Origin: Candidatus Falkowbacteria bacterium
GTDB lineage: Bacteria; Patescibacteriota; Patescibacteriia; Patescibacteriales; WJLG01
NCBI GenBank assembly: GCA_963747695.1
Contig: CAVVFV010000003.1
Span: 17,296 to 81,295 of the forward strand
Reading direction: 5' to 3'
DNA: 64,000 bases
Position numbers and translations under genes: made by a program. Positions within the stretch are counted from its first letter, which is position 1, and the number at the start of each line of letters is the position of its first letter. This document shows positions 26,159 to 35,342 of this stretch, in pieces. The notes below the pieces were generated by a model. It ran no database searches. It had not been told where the DNA came from and saw only the letters and a list, made by a program, of their open reading frames with translations.

Positions 26159-27838
26159 TTATTTATCTTTTTTACTCTTTTTCTTCTTTAATGTCAAACA
26201 AACCTTGATGAATTCGACGAATAACGGATGCGGTGAGAGCGGACGGGAAATATATTCGGGATGGAATTGAGTACCGATGAAAAACGGATGATCAGTGATC
26301 TCCACCGCTTCGACGATCAGACCGTCCGGCGAAGTGCCAGCCACGCGCAGTCCTTTTTTCTCCAGCAATTCGCGATACTCATTATTATATTCATAACGAT
26401 GGCGATGCCTTTCGATGACGATGTCGTCGCATTTTTTTCTGACCTGATAGGCTTGATACAGATGCGTGCCGGTTTTTATTTTACACGGCCAGCCGCCCAA
26501 GCGGATCGTGCCGCCGAATTGCTTTTGGGCGATCAATTCCGCTTGTCCCGGCATAATATGGATAACCGGATGAGTGGTCCGCGGATTGACTTCGGAGGAA
26601 TTCGCATCTTTGAAGCCGAGGACGTTGCGGGAAAATTCGATCACCGCCATCTGCATGCCGTAGCACAGTCCGAAATACGGCTTTTTGTTCTTGCGGCAAT
26701 ATTCGATCGTGGCGATTTTTCCTTCAGCGCCGCGGGAACCCCAGCCTTGCGGAACGATAATGCCGTCATATTTTTTAAGGGAAGCTGTGCCGTTCTTTTC
26801 CATCTCATCGGTGTTGATCCAGGTCAGTTTGGCCTTGCAATCATTGAAAGTTGCCGCGTGTTTCAAAGCTTCAATAACGGAAATGTAAGAATCAGCCAGA
26901 CAAAATTCGCCGGAAGTGAAATATTTTCCCACGATCCCGATCTCCACTTCCTTTTTGGCGTTTTGCCGCTTGGCCACCATGGCGCGCCAGTCTTTCAGGT
27001 CATCTTTTCGTTTGGTCAGGCTGAATTTCTGCAGGATCCGTTCGCCCAGATGATCTTTCTCAAAATTGAGCGGCACATCGTAGATTGAATCGATGTCCGG
27101 CGCCGAGATGACGTCTTCGGGGGCGATTCCGCAATTGATGGCGATCTTAGCGCGGCGCGGCTCGTCGACAGGCACTTCGGCGCGGGCGACGATGAAATTC
27201 GGCTGGATGCCGGCGGCGTTGAGCGAATGGATCGCGTATTGCGTCGGTTTGGTTTTCATTTCACCCAGCTTGGAAGGGATCGGCAAAAAGGAAACCATCA
27301 CGAAAAGGACGTTATCCGGGTTATACAATTTCATCATTCTGGCCGCTTCCAAAAATAGCAGATTTTGATATTCGCCGACGGTTCCGCCGATCTCCACGAC
27401 CATAATTTCCGCGCCCGTCTTATCCACCGCCTGATGGATGCGGTCGATAACTTCCATCGGGATATGCGGCACGACTTCGACGCACTTGCCGGCATATTCC
27501 AGATTTCTTTCTTTCTGGATGACCGAAAGATAAACCCGGCCGGTGGTCATATAATTTTCCCGGTAGATATTCTTATTCAAAAATCTTTCATAATTGCCCA
27601 CGTCCTGATCGGTCTCATCGCCGTCATCGGTCACAAAAACCTCGCCGTGCTCCACCGGATTCATCGTTCCGGCATCGACATTGATATAGGGATCGATCTT
27701 GATCGCCGAGACGTTAAAACCTTTGCTTTGCAAAATCGTAGCGATTGAAGCGCAAGTGATCCCCTTGCCCACGCCGGACATCACGCCGCCGACGACAAAA
27801 ATGTACTTGGTCTTGTCCTTCTTGATTTTATCAACCAT
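26159..27838 (-). CDS. pyrG: CTP synthase
   Basis: 559-aa ORF: KYIFVVGGVMSGVGKG..., and glutaminase domain GLCYGMQ...HRHRYE. Confidence 0.97.
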   Translation of the reverse strand: MVDKIKKDKTKYIFVVGGVMSGVGKGITCASIATILQSKGFNVSAIKIDPYINVDAGTMNPVEHGEVFVTDDGDETDQDVGNYERFLNKNIYRENYMTTGRVYLSVIQKERNLEYAGKCVEVVPHIPMEVIDRIHQAVDKTGAEIMVVEIGGTVGEYQNLLFLEAARMMKLYNPDNVLFVMVSFLPIPSKLGEMKTKPTQYAIHSLNAAGIQPNFIVARAEVPVDEPRRAKIAINCGIAPEDVISAPDIDSIYDVPLNFEKDHLGERILQKFSLTKRKDDLKDWRAMVAKRQNAKKEVEIGIVGKYFTSGEFCLADSYISVIEALKHAATFNDCKAKLTWINTDEMEKNGTASLKKYDGIIVPQGWGSRGAEGKIATIEYCRKNKKPYFGLCYGMQMAVIEFSRNVLGFKDANSSEVNPRTTHPVIHIMPGQAELIAQKQFGGTIRLGGWPCKIKTGTHLYQAYQVRKKCDDIVIERHRHRYEYNNEYRELLEKKGLRVAGTSPDGLIVEAVEITDHPFFIGTQFHPEYISRPLSPHPLFVEFIKVCLTLKKKKSKKDK

Positions 27839-27895
27839 AAATAAACAATGTAAAATTCAAAATGAAAAATTAAAAATATTTTTCATTTTTAACTT

Positions 27896-29200
27896 TTAAT
27901 TTTTAATTGTTTTTAAAATTTCCACTGCTTTATCAAGCTGCGGGTCCTGGCCGGCATTTACCGCCGCTTCGGTGGTCGTCGCGATGATATCCGGCGTGAT
28001 TCCCTGGTCGTTGATCGAATAACCTTTGGGAGTATACCACTTGGCCACGGTAATCTTGACCATCGAGCCGTCGCTCAAAGTTTCCAACGATTGCACCGAA
28101 CCTTTACCGTAAGTTTTTTCACCGACGATCTTGCCCAGGCCGTAATCTTTGAGCGCTCCGGCGAAAATCTCCGAGGCTGAAGCCGAACCGCCGTCAACCA
28201 AAACCACGGTCGGAAAATTCTGCAAATGCTGGATGCCGGAAGAATTGTACTGATTATTTTCGGTCGGGTCAGTCGATTTTTCGCTTACCACCAGCTTACC
28301 GCTCGGCACCCATTCCGAAGCCAGACTGACGGCCGAATCCAAAAAGCCGCCGGGATTATTGCGCAGATCGATGATCAATCCTTTGGGCTTATCTTTCAAG
28401 ACTTCTTGGACGGCGCTTTGAAAAAGTCCGACCGTATCTTCATTGAAATTCGAAACAGTGATGACGAAAATCTTATCGGGCCGGAATTCCGTTTTCACGC
28501 TCTTCACATAAATCACGTCGCGAACGATCGTGATATCTTTGGTTTCCTTGAACCCCTGGCGGAAAATGGTTAAAGTGACTTTGGTTCCCTTGGGACCGCG
28601 GATATTTTCCACCGCCTGATCGATTGTCATATTTAAAGTGGAGGAGCCATTGATGGCGATGATCGTATCGCCAGCTTTAATCCCGGCTTTTTCCGCCGGC
28701 ATATCCGCCAGCGGAGCGATTATGGTGATCGCGTCGTTGCGCAAACCGACTTCGGCGCCGATGCCTTCAAAAGTTCCCGAGAGATCATTATTGAAATCCT
28801 GCGAATCCTTCGGATCGAAAAATACGGTATAAGGATCACCCAGCGAAGCGGCCAGACCGCGCAAAGAACCGTAAAACATTTCCTTTTCATTGAGTTTGTC
28901 CTTGTCGACGTACTTGGATTCCAAAGCGTCCCAAACTTCCCAATATAGATTAAAATTAATATCCTGCGACAAGCGGCCTCCGGTATCTTGCGAGTATTTG
29001 CCGGTGACTTTGCCCAGATAAACCGATTCTTTGTTGGCGAGAGCGGCAACTAATTGATTCTTGCCCGTCACATACATTCCGGCCGCGAATGACAGTAAGA
29101 TCAAAATCACGACCAAAACCACCAGCAACGCCTGGCGCGCCAGATGATGATGATTACTCAAATCCCCTTCGGCTTGCTTCTTCTTAAAAAAATTAAACAT
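27896..29200 (-). CDS. Carboxy-terminal processing peptidase (S41) with PDZ
   Basis: 434-aa ORF with an N-terminal TM; FEGIGAEV...AGIKAGDTIIAING (PDZ); DLRNNPGG, GSASASEIFAGAL, TYGKGSVQ. Confidence 0.92.
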   Translation of the reverse strand: MFNFFKKKQAEGDLSNHHHLARQALLVVLVVILILLSFAAGMYVTGKNQLVAALANKESVYLGKVTGKYSQDTGGRLSQDINFNLYWEVWDALESKYVDKDKLNEKEMFYGSLRGLAASLGDPYTVFFDPKDSQDFNNDLSGTFEGIGAEVGLRNDAITIIAPLADMPAEKAGIKAGDTIIAINGSSTLNMTIDQAVENIRGPKGTKVTLTIFRQGFKETKDITIVRDVIYVKSVKTEFRPDKIFVITVSNFNEDTVGLFQSAVQEVLKDKPKGLIIDLRNNPGGFLDSAVSLASEWVPSGKLVVSEKSTDPTENNQYNSSGIQHLQNFPTVVLVDGGSASASEIFAGALKDYGLGKIVGEKTYGKGSVQSLETLSDGSMVKITVAKWYTPKGYSINDQGITPDIIATTTEAAVNAGQDPQLDKAVEILKTIKN

Positions 29201-29253
29201 TTAACTTAAGAATAAATTAATTAAACAGTTAAAGCTTGAACGATTAATCAAGC

Positions 29254-29844
29254 TCACTTCCTTAAAATTTTTATTGCGTCAATATCCCGAAGATCGATCA
29301 ATTTCGACGGCCGGCCATTGATGACTCCGGCATCGACCACGAGGTCAGGTTTGCTTCTGGGAAAATATTTATCAAGGCGATCGACCCGCGATAACGGTTC
29401 GCGCCCGCTTTGGTTCAAGCTGGTCGAAACAACCGGGCGGTTAAGTTCTTTAATCATTTTAGTAAGAAATCCGCTCTTTGGCAAACGCACGGCCGCGCTT
29501 GCCATACCCGCCGAAACGTAGTCGGGCAAAACCTTTTTTTTGTTTAATATTACTGACACTTTGCCAGGCCAAATTTTTCGTAAATAGGCCCGCTGTTTTT
29601 TATCCGTTTTAAAATATTTTTCTAGCATTTTAAAATCGGAAATCAAGACCAAAAGCGGCTTGCCGGCGGTTCTTTTTTTCAGGCGATAGATTTTATCGAT
29701 TGCCGACTTTTCACTTGCCGAACAGCCCAAACCATAGATGGTATCGGTCGGATAAACTATCGTTTTTCCCGCTTTCAAAAAACCGGCGATCAGGCCGATT
29801 TCTTTTGCGGAAACTTTTTTATAATTTATTCTGATTGTTTTCAC
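29254..29844 (-). CDS. tsaC: L-threonylcarbamoyladenylate synthase (TsaC/YrdC/Sua5 domain)
   Basis: YPTDTIYGLGC, KPLLVLI and VRLP motifs. Start moved to the GTG at 29844, which follows ggagagg. The longer ORF-track N-terminus runs into a REP-like element. Confidence 0.82.
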   Translation of the reverse strand: MKTIRINYKKVSAKEIGLIAGFLKAGKTIVYPTDTIYGLGCSASEKSAIDKIYRLKKRTAGKPLLVLISDFKMLEKYFKTDKKQRAYLRKIWPGKVSVILNKKKVLPDYVSAGMASAAVRLPKSGFLTKMIKELNRPVVSTSLNQSGREPLSRVDRLDKYFPRSKPDLVVDAGVINGRPSKLIDLRDIDAIKILRK

Positions 29845-29865
29845 GTTTTTATTCCTCTCCCCGGG

Positions 29866-29965
29866 AGGCCCACCTACGCTAAAGCTTCGGCAGGGCAAGA
29901 GTGGCCAATCTTTAAAAAAGCTTGCCCAACGAAGCTCCGCCGCGGGGCGAAGTTGGGGGGTGAGT
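29866..29965. repeat. REP-like palindromic element (agcttcggcagggcaag ... cttgcccaacgaagct)
   Basis: Imperfect inverted arms read directly. The segment ggcccacctacgctaaagcttcg recurs, reverse-complemented and diverged, at 35285-35320. Confidence 0.55.
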
Positions 29966-29971
29966 TTCCTT

Positions 29972-30487
29972 TTAAATTAATGATTGAATATTTTTTAAAC
30001 TACCGGAAATAAAGGGCATCAATATTTTAGCAACTCCCAGAAGCCAGGGTGCGATTTTGGAAGTTAACAGCCAAATGCCGACGGACGTGCCGGCCGGCGC
30101 GTATTTAGCCACGACGTAAATTAACAAACCGAGAACGATCGCTCCCACCAGCAAATACAGAATTCCGCCGCCGAGCCGATTGATCGATTTCATAAACGGC
30201 AAGATCGCCAATAGATTATAAGTTTTGTCGATCAGCATAAACACGAAATGGATCACCCAGGTCGAAACGATAAAAATGACGATGAAACAGATCACTTTGC
30301 CGATGTTATCATAACCGCCGAACCAACCCTGCACGTAAGGAAATAAAACCAGAAAAAAATGGCTGGCCAGAAACGCGCCGCCGATGATTCCGATAAAAGC
30401 GCCGACCGCTCTGATCAAGCCGGTGGTAAAGCCGCGTAAGGCGAACAAGCCAAGAATCACGATCAAGATAATGTCGAAATTAGACAT
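29972..30487 (-). CDS. CvpA-family membrane protein
   Basis: 171-aa ORF with four hydrophobic helices. N-terminal FDIILIVILGLFALRGFTTGLIR is typical of CvpA. Confidence 0.72.
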   Translation of the reverse strand: MSNFDIILIVILGLFALRGFTTGLIRAVGAFIGIIGGAFLASHFFLVLFPYVQGWFGGYDNIGKVICFIVIFIVSTWVIHFVFMLIDKTYNLLAILPFMKSINRLGGGILYLLVGAIVLGLLIYVVAKYAPAGTSVGIWLLTSKIAPWLLGVAKILMPFISGSLKNIQSLI

Positions 30488-30491
30488 ATTT

Positions 30492-30535
30492 TGTCATCCT
30501 GAGAAGTCCCGCCTTGCGGGACGACGAAGGATCTG
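30492..30535. repeat. REP-like element GTCATCCTGAG...CCCGCCTTGCGGG...GAAGGATC
   Basis: Hairpin cccgc-cttg-cggg(ac). The same family occurs inverted at 55090-55131 and, related, at 42534-42571. Confidence 0.65.
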
Positions 30536-30617
30536 TTAGGCGAATAAATTTTATAATCCCTGTTTTTATCTATCCTTAGCTTATCATAAGCATATCAACA
30601 ATGAAGGATAAAGACAA

Positions 30618-32168
30618 TTATCCCGGTGTTACCAATCGGGGGAAAAGCGATTCGCCTTTTTTGATCTGACTTTCCGAATATTGCTTAATGATTTTTTCCG
30701 CAGTGGTCGGCATAAACGGCGAAAGCAAATAAGCGATATTCAAAATTTCCTGAGCGATCGGCTCAAGGACTTTTTTGATTTCCGCTTTGTCTTCCATCTT
30801 CCACGGCTTCCTATCGGTCAAAATCACATCACATTCGGTAACTTTTTTCCATAAAACACCAAGGGCTTCGTCAAAAGCATAATCCTTCATCTTTAAACTA
30901 AATTCCAGATACATTTTGCCAAAACCGGTATCCCCTTCCTGGACAACTTCATCATTTATATTCACCGTCATATCATCCGGGTCCTTCAGATTGGTTTCGA
31001 TTTGATTTTTTTCCAATAGCGTGGAAACGCGCGCGGCTAAATTTCCCAAGCCGTTGGCCAAGTCGGCGGTATAAAGTAGGTTCATTTTTTCCCAAGAAAA
31101 ATCACTATCAGCGAACGGCTTAATCTCTTTTAATAAATAATACCTTGTGGCATCGATTCCATATTTATTGATCAGCTCGGCCGGATTGACGACATTGCCC
31201 AATGACTTGGACATCTTCTGCCCGTTAGAGGTGATAAAGCCGAAAACCAAAATTTGTTTGGAATTAGACAATCCCGCCGACATCAACATCGCCTGCCACA
31301 TCGCGGTTTGCTGGCGTAGATTATCTTTGCCGCAGACCTGCAAGCCTGGCCAATAATTATCATAATCACACTCCCCTTTTTCGCAGCGAGCCAAATCGGA
31401 ATCCTCCTTAGCGCCGAGTTTATTCACCCGTTCGCAATGGCAAGGCCAGCCAAGACAAGAAATATAGTTTACCAAAGCATCGAACCAGACATACATCACC
31501 TGAGATTCATCGCCCGGCACCGGAATTCCCCAGGGCATCTTAGAAGCCAAACGGGAGATGGAAAAATCTTCCAATCCCCTTTCCACAAATGATTTTATCT
31601 CGTTCATCCGCCAATCCGGCTTCACGAAATCCGGATTATTTTTATACAAATCCAAAAGCGGTTGCTGAAATTTAGAAAACTTGAAAAAATAATTTTCTTC
31701 TTCAATATTTTCCAAAGCCTTATTCGGATGCAGCGGGCAGCAGCCGTTCACCAATTCCGAATCGGTCTTTTCCAATTCGCAGCCGACGCAATATTTAACC
31801 CTATAATTCTTCTTATAGATATCGCCGTTGGCTTCACAACGTTTCCAGAATTCCTGCGCCGCCAAAATATGTTTTTCATCGGTCGTGCGGATAAAATTCG
31901 TCACGCTCAGATTCAACAACTCTTTCAGACTCCGGAATTTAGCGGCATACTCATCACAATAAGTCTGAGTATCAATGCCCGCCTCCTTAGCCTTCTCATA
32001 TATCTTCTGTCCGTGCTCGTCCGTGCCGGTATTGAAGAAAACTTCATTGCCCAAAAGCCGTTGCCATCTGGCAATCACATCGGCCTTGATAATTTCCGCC
32101 GCAAACCCGATATGCGGATCGGCGTTAACGTATGGAAGAGTGGTAGTGATATAAAATTTATTTTGCAT
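30618..32168 (-). CDS. metG: Methionyl-tRNA synthetase
   Basis: 516-aa ORF: TTTLPYVNADPHIGFA (HIGH), KMSKSLGN (KMSKS), and Zn knuckle CVGCE...CPLH. Confidence 0.95.
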   Translation of the reverse strand: MQNKFYITTTLPYVNADPHIGFAAEIIKADVIARWQRLLGNEVFFNTGTDEHGQKIYEKAKEAGIDTQTYCDEYAAKFRSLKELLNLSVTNFIRTTDEKHILAAQEFWKRCEANGDIYKKNYRVKYCVGCELEKTDSELVNGCCPLHPNKALENIEEENYFFKFSKFQQPLLDLYKNNPDFVKPDWRMNEIKSFVERGLEDFSISRLASKMPWGIPVPGDESQVMYVWFDALVNYISCLGWPCHCERVNKLGAKEDSDLARCEKGECDYDNYWPGLQVCGKDNLRQQTAMWQAMLMSAGLSNSKQILVFGFITSNGQKMSKSLGNVVNPAELINKYGIDATRYYLLKEIKPFADSDFSWEKMNLLYTADLANGLGNLAARVSTLLEKNQIETNLKDPDDMTVNINDEVVQEGDTGFGKMYLEFSLKMKDYAFDEALGVLWKKVTECDVILTDRKPWKMEDKAEIKKVLEPIAQEILNIAYLLSPFMPTTAEKIIKQYSESQIKKGESLFPRLVTPG

Positions 32169-32193
32169 AATAATGAATAATTTTAAATATAAT

Positions 32194-32760
32194 TTATTTT
32201 TTTACACTGGGTCGCAATAAATTATTCCAAAATTTATTCGAAATTTTGTGACTATAATTTTTCCCCAATGCATCGGAAAAGCATACAAATTTTGGATATT
32301 TTTCATATCGATTCAATTCTACCATCAAATAATTCACATATATTACTACTGAGTGAGAATTTTTTTCATCAATAATTTTTGGTAAACCCTTTCCGTAAAC
32401 AAAACCATTGTCAGTTGGAAATATCACAGAATCTCCGTTGTCGAACTGCATAAAAAAATCACAAATGTTTGTAGGTCGCCCGCCAAAATTTTTAATTTTT
32501 ACCGTCATAACCGTAGGTAAGGATCCGGAAGTGTCTATCAAATAACCAGGATTTACGGAAATTTTTATTATAGGTCTCTCTTTATATAATAAATAAAAAA
32601 ATGGTAACAAACCACCTACCAAACCTATGATTGCGGCGAACAGTGGTGTATTAAAAAAAGATTGGTGCTTCAAAACATCTACAATATCTTGCAAGGAAAC
32701 ATTTAATTGACTTAATTGCGGCGAGCTAAAAATAATTGTTGTTGTGGTTGCAATAATCAT
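32194..32760 (-). CDS. Hypothetical single-pass membrane protein (third gene of the AT-rich operon)
   Basis: 188-aa ORF with a TM helix (PLFAAIIGLVGGLLPFFYLLY) followed by a soluble, beta-rich-looking domain. Its start lies 3 nt after the upstream stop. Confidence 0.55.
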   Translation of the reverse strand: MIIATTTTIIFSSPQLSQLNVSLQDIVDVLKHQSFFNTPLFAAIIGLVGGLLPFFYLLYKERPIIKISVNPGYLIDTSGSLPTVMTVKIKNFGGRPTNICDFFMQFDNGDSVIFPTDNGFVYGKGLPKIIDEKNSHSVVIYVNYLMVELNRYEKYPKFVCFSDALGKNYSHKISNKFWNNLLRPSVKK

Positions 32761-32763
32761 ATT

Positions 32764-33858
32764 TTATTTACCAGATTTTGTTCGATTATCCTGTTTACAT
32801 AACATCTGGCAATTTTCCGCGATAGTTTTTCCGCCTTCGTGCCAAGGTTTTATATGGTCGGCTTCCATTTCTTCGATTTCAAAATGCTTCTTGCATTTTT
32901 TGCAGATGCCTTTTTGCTTTTCATACGCTTCACGCTTCATCTTGTCGGTGAAAGCGCGGATATTCAAAAATTTTTCATTTCTGGTTAAAACATATTCGTA
33001 AATACCGGATTTTTTAGTCACATCCTCGTCCTGCATCAACGCGGTTATTTCCTTTTCCAGTTTCTTTGAATCAAATTTTTTGCTTTTGAATTGATTATGC
33101 AACAAACCCCACGGCACAGTGCTCATTTCTCTACGATAATTCGTAAAAGTTTTTCGCACCCAAGCAATTACATCTTGAAAATATTCCCACAGTTCGTCAG
33201 CGTTCTTGTTATGCTGATGTTTGGCCATATAATCCCGGATGTTGCCATTATTTATCCACGAAAGTGCGGCCTCTAAATATTCTTGGCGGATTGGCGAACC
33301 GCTCACTAATTGCCCGCCATCATTTGCCAATAAATACGCCGCACAATTTGATTTGCTAAATTTCAGTTTAGCATCGGAAAGCCACGGTCCGGTATAAACC
33401 GCATTAAGAATTTCTTGATCAGTCAGTTTTTCTCCGGCAATATTGATAATCGTAAACCAATCTATTCTCTCTTTGTCCGTGCCTTCGCAGAAATAAATCA
33501 TCAGCTCATAATCCAAAATTTTATCCTGTTCCTCTTTGGTCAGATTATGGAAAAAACGGTCGTTCAACGAAAAATCTCCGGTAACATATTGCCCGATGCT
33601 GATGGTCCGCTGCTGGCCGTCCAGCACCTCGTAGCCGCCATCTTCTCTGATCATCCAATACATAACGTTCAGCGGAAAGCTGTTCTTGATTGTTTCTATC
33701 ACGGCATTGCGTTGTTTTTCCTTGTACACAAACTCGCGCTGATATTTTGGACGAATATTCAATTTGCCGTCATAAGCCGTCACGCCACCTTCTTTGGCAC
33801 TTTCTTTGTAGCCAGCTATTACTTTACGAATTGAAATTTTATGTAGATCAATTTTCAT
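32764..33858 (-). CDS. DUF262 (ParB-like, GmrSD N-domain type) fused to a C-terminal HNH nuclease
   Basis: 364-aa ORF. N-terminal IRPKYQREFVY and LDGQQR motifs (DUF262). C-terminal CKKCKKHFEIEEMEADHIKPWHEGGKTIAENCQMLCKQDNRTK (HNH with flanking Cys pairs). Confidence 0.8.
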   Translation of the reverse strand: MKIDLHKISIRKVIAGYKESAKEGGVTAYDGKLNIRPKYQREFVYKEKQRNAVIETIKNSFPLNVMYWMIREDGGYEVLDGQQRTISIGQYVTGDFSLNDRFFHNLTKEEQDKILDYELMIYFCEGTDKERIDWFTIINIAGEKLTDQEILNAVYTGPWLSDAKLKFSKSNCAAYLLANDGGQLVSGSPIRQEYLEAALSWINNGNIRDYMAKHQHNKNADELWEYFQDVIAWVRKTFTNYRREMSTVPWGLLHNQFKSKKFDSKKLEKEITALMQDEDVTKKSGIYEYVLTRNEKFLNIRAFTDKMKREAYEKQKGICKKCKKHFEIEEMEADHIKPWHEGGKTIAENCQMLCKQDNRTKSGK

Positions 33859-33859
33859 A

Positions 33860-34951
33860 TTATTTCTTACTTTTAATTAAGAGACGTGCATAGATTGATT
33901 TAAGGTTGTTATTTATCCTTATCGCAGCACGTCTATTTAAATCATTATATTTTGGTGAGTCTTTCACGGTATACATCTTGGTTCGGTAATTGTTGTTAGG
34001 ATCTCTATCAGTAATTCCTAAAATTTCGAATTGCTTAGGGTTGTATTTATCTAGAAAAGTTACGGGTATACCTATTATCTCATTATAATCCATTGGAATT
34101 TCTACAACTTTTGATACTTCAATGGCATTGTAGTTATCGTATGTCGGGTATTCTTCAGTGGTATACTTCTTATAAAGAGTTAGTAATTCATGACGTTTAC
34201 TAATATCAAGATTTGTATACCAACCAGTGTTGCCCATTTTGGCATATTTTTTTCCATCCGTGCCGACAAAAATATTATTCTGCTCATAACTATCTGGTAC
34301 TAAATAAGTTTTTGCACCATTGTTATAACCGAGCCACAATTTATTTTTCTTAACTAACTTAAAAATTTCCTTATAAGTAATTGCGTTCAAGTTTCCAATG
34401 ATCAAAAACTTTTTATCGTATTTTACAAGCTGTGCAACATATTCGCGAAACAAGGAAAAAGGCGGGTTAGTGACAACTATATCTGCCTCTTTTAGCATTT
34501 TAATACATTCCTCGCTACGAAAATCACCGTTGGCTTTGAGGGGTGTAGAAACATTTGCATCGTGCCTTAACAACCATTCGACATCGGGGAGACCGATAGC
34601 ACCATCAGAATTGGAATCTGGAACTTCATTAATTTCAATTTTAAACGGCTCCTTGCCTTTCGGTTTTAATCCTTTGACTTCAAAGAGCGGCAACTGTCCG
34701 CCGGCAATCGGCGACTTTGTATAACTGGTGGTGATTAATTTTTTGAGGCCGAGCGCATTAAAATTAGCAGCGAAATATTTAAAAAAATTGCTCTCAAACG
34801 GATCATCACAATTGCAATAAACAATCTTACCGTGAAATTGTTCTTTGTAGTGCTTGAGCTCTTTTTCAATATCAACCAGCTGGGTATAAAACTCATCTTT
34901 CTTTGCTTGATTTGCCTTGTGTAAATTTCTATTCGATGATTTCTTTTTCAT
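33860..34951 (-). CDS. N6-adenine DNA methyltransferase, EcoRI-methylase-like family
   Basis: 363-aa ORF with DEFYTQ, VYCNCDDPFESNFFKYF and VVTNPPFS (NPPF catalytic motif). Its stop lies 1 nt before the DUF262-HNH start. Confidence 0.78.
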   Translation of the reverse strand: MKKKSSNRNLHKANQAKKDEFYTQLVDIEKELKHYKEQFHGKIVYCNCDDPFESNFFKYFAANFNALGLKKLITTSYTKSPIAGGQLPLFEVKGLKPKGKEPFKIEINEVPDSNSDGAIGLPDVEWLLRHDANVSTPLKANGDFRSEECIKMLKEADIVVTNPPFSLFREYVAQLVKYDKKFLIIGNLNAITYKEIFKLVKKNKLWLGYNNGAKTYLVPDSYEQNNIFVGTDGKKYAKMGNTGWYTNLDISKRHELLTLYKKYTTEEYPTYDNYNAIEVSKVVEIPMDYNEIIGIPVTFLDKYNPKQFEILGITDRDPNNNYRTKMYTVKDSPKYNDLNRRAAIRINNNLKSIYARLLIKSKK

Positions 34952-35011
34952 AAATTAATTTTATCAAATCTTCAACACATGCTATACTAAATTCAGAATT
35001 ACGACGAATTA

Positions 35012-35054
35012 GGTTCTCCAAGGGTTTTGTCCCGAAGAGAGCCTTTTTTATTTT
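35012..35054 (+). terminator. Strong + strand intrinsic terminator with no upstream + strand gene (possible short divergent transcript)
   Basis: GGTTCTC-caa-GGG-ttttgt-CCC-gaa-GAGAGCC followed by ttttttatttt. A candidate TTATCA-16-TATACT promoter (TATACT at 34983-34988) sits about 25 nt upstream. Confidence 0.5.
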
Positions 35055-35073
35055 ATTCAACTTCTTGCCAATA

Positions 35074-35100
35074 GATCCCTCGCGACACGCTCGGAATGAC
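35074..35100. repeat. REP-like element (GTCATTCCGAGCGTGTCGCGAGGGATC on the minus strand)
   Basis: Read directly. Member of the GTCATTCC family. Confidence 0.6.
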
Positions 35101-35125
35101 AAAAAAATTAAATATTACCAATTTT

Positions 35126-35157
35126 TTACCATTTTCGTGACGTCACGAAAATGGTAA
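35126..35157. promoter_or_regulatory. Perfect 32-bp palindrome TTACCATTTTCGTGAC|GTCACGAAAATGGTAA
   Basis: Checked base by base. Its outer arm ACCATTTTC..GAAAATGGT is shared with the 35220-35247 palindrome. Confidence 0.6.
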
Positions 35158-35219
35158 AATTTTGTCTGTGCATAAAATAATTATCCACAACTATTTTTAT
35201 ATAATATTAGCAACTTTAT

Positions 35220-35247
35220 ACCATTTTCCCCGTACAGGGAAAATGGT
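35220..35247. promoter_or_regulatory. Second palindrome ACCATTTTCCC-cgtaca-GGGAAAATGGT
   Basis: Read directly. Lies 62 bp from the first palindrome; the interval contains TTATCCACA (35181-35189) and TATAAT. Confidence 0.55.
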
Positions 35248-35342
35248 CGATAGATTATTTTAATTAATAATGATCTCTTCTAAGCTTTTTCTCGGCGTCG
35301 CGAAGCTTTAGCTGCGGTAGGCCTTCTCGAGAGAGGAATTAT

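Noticed and set aside
26261-27088. 275-aa + strand ORF. Similar antisense ORFs occur at 1071-1607, 1733-2218, 8942-9481, 18171-18704, 23665-24282 and 31662-32180.
   Set aside because: All lie antisense to confidently identified housekeeping genes (pyrG, gyrB, prfA, lysS, M23 peptidase, metG) and have non-protein-like composition.
35181-35189. Perfect DnaA box TTATCCACA, with gyrB elsewhere in the window, raising the possibility of an origin.
   Set aside because: It is a single isolated box with no cluster, and no dnaA or dnaN is nearby. An AT-rich unwinding element cannot be distinguished from the generally AT-rich spacers.
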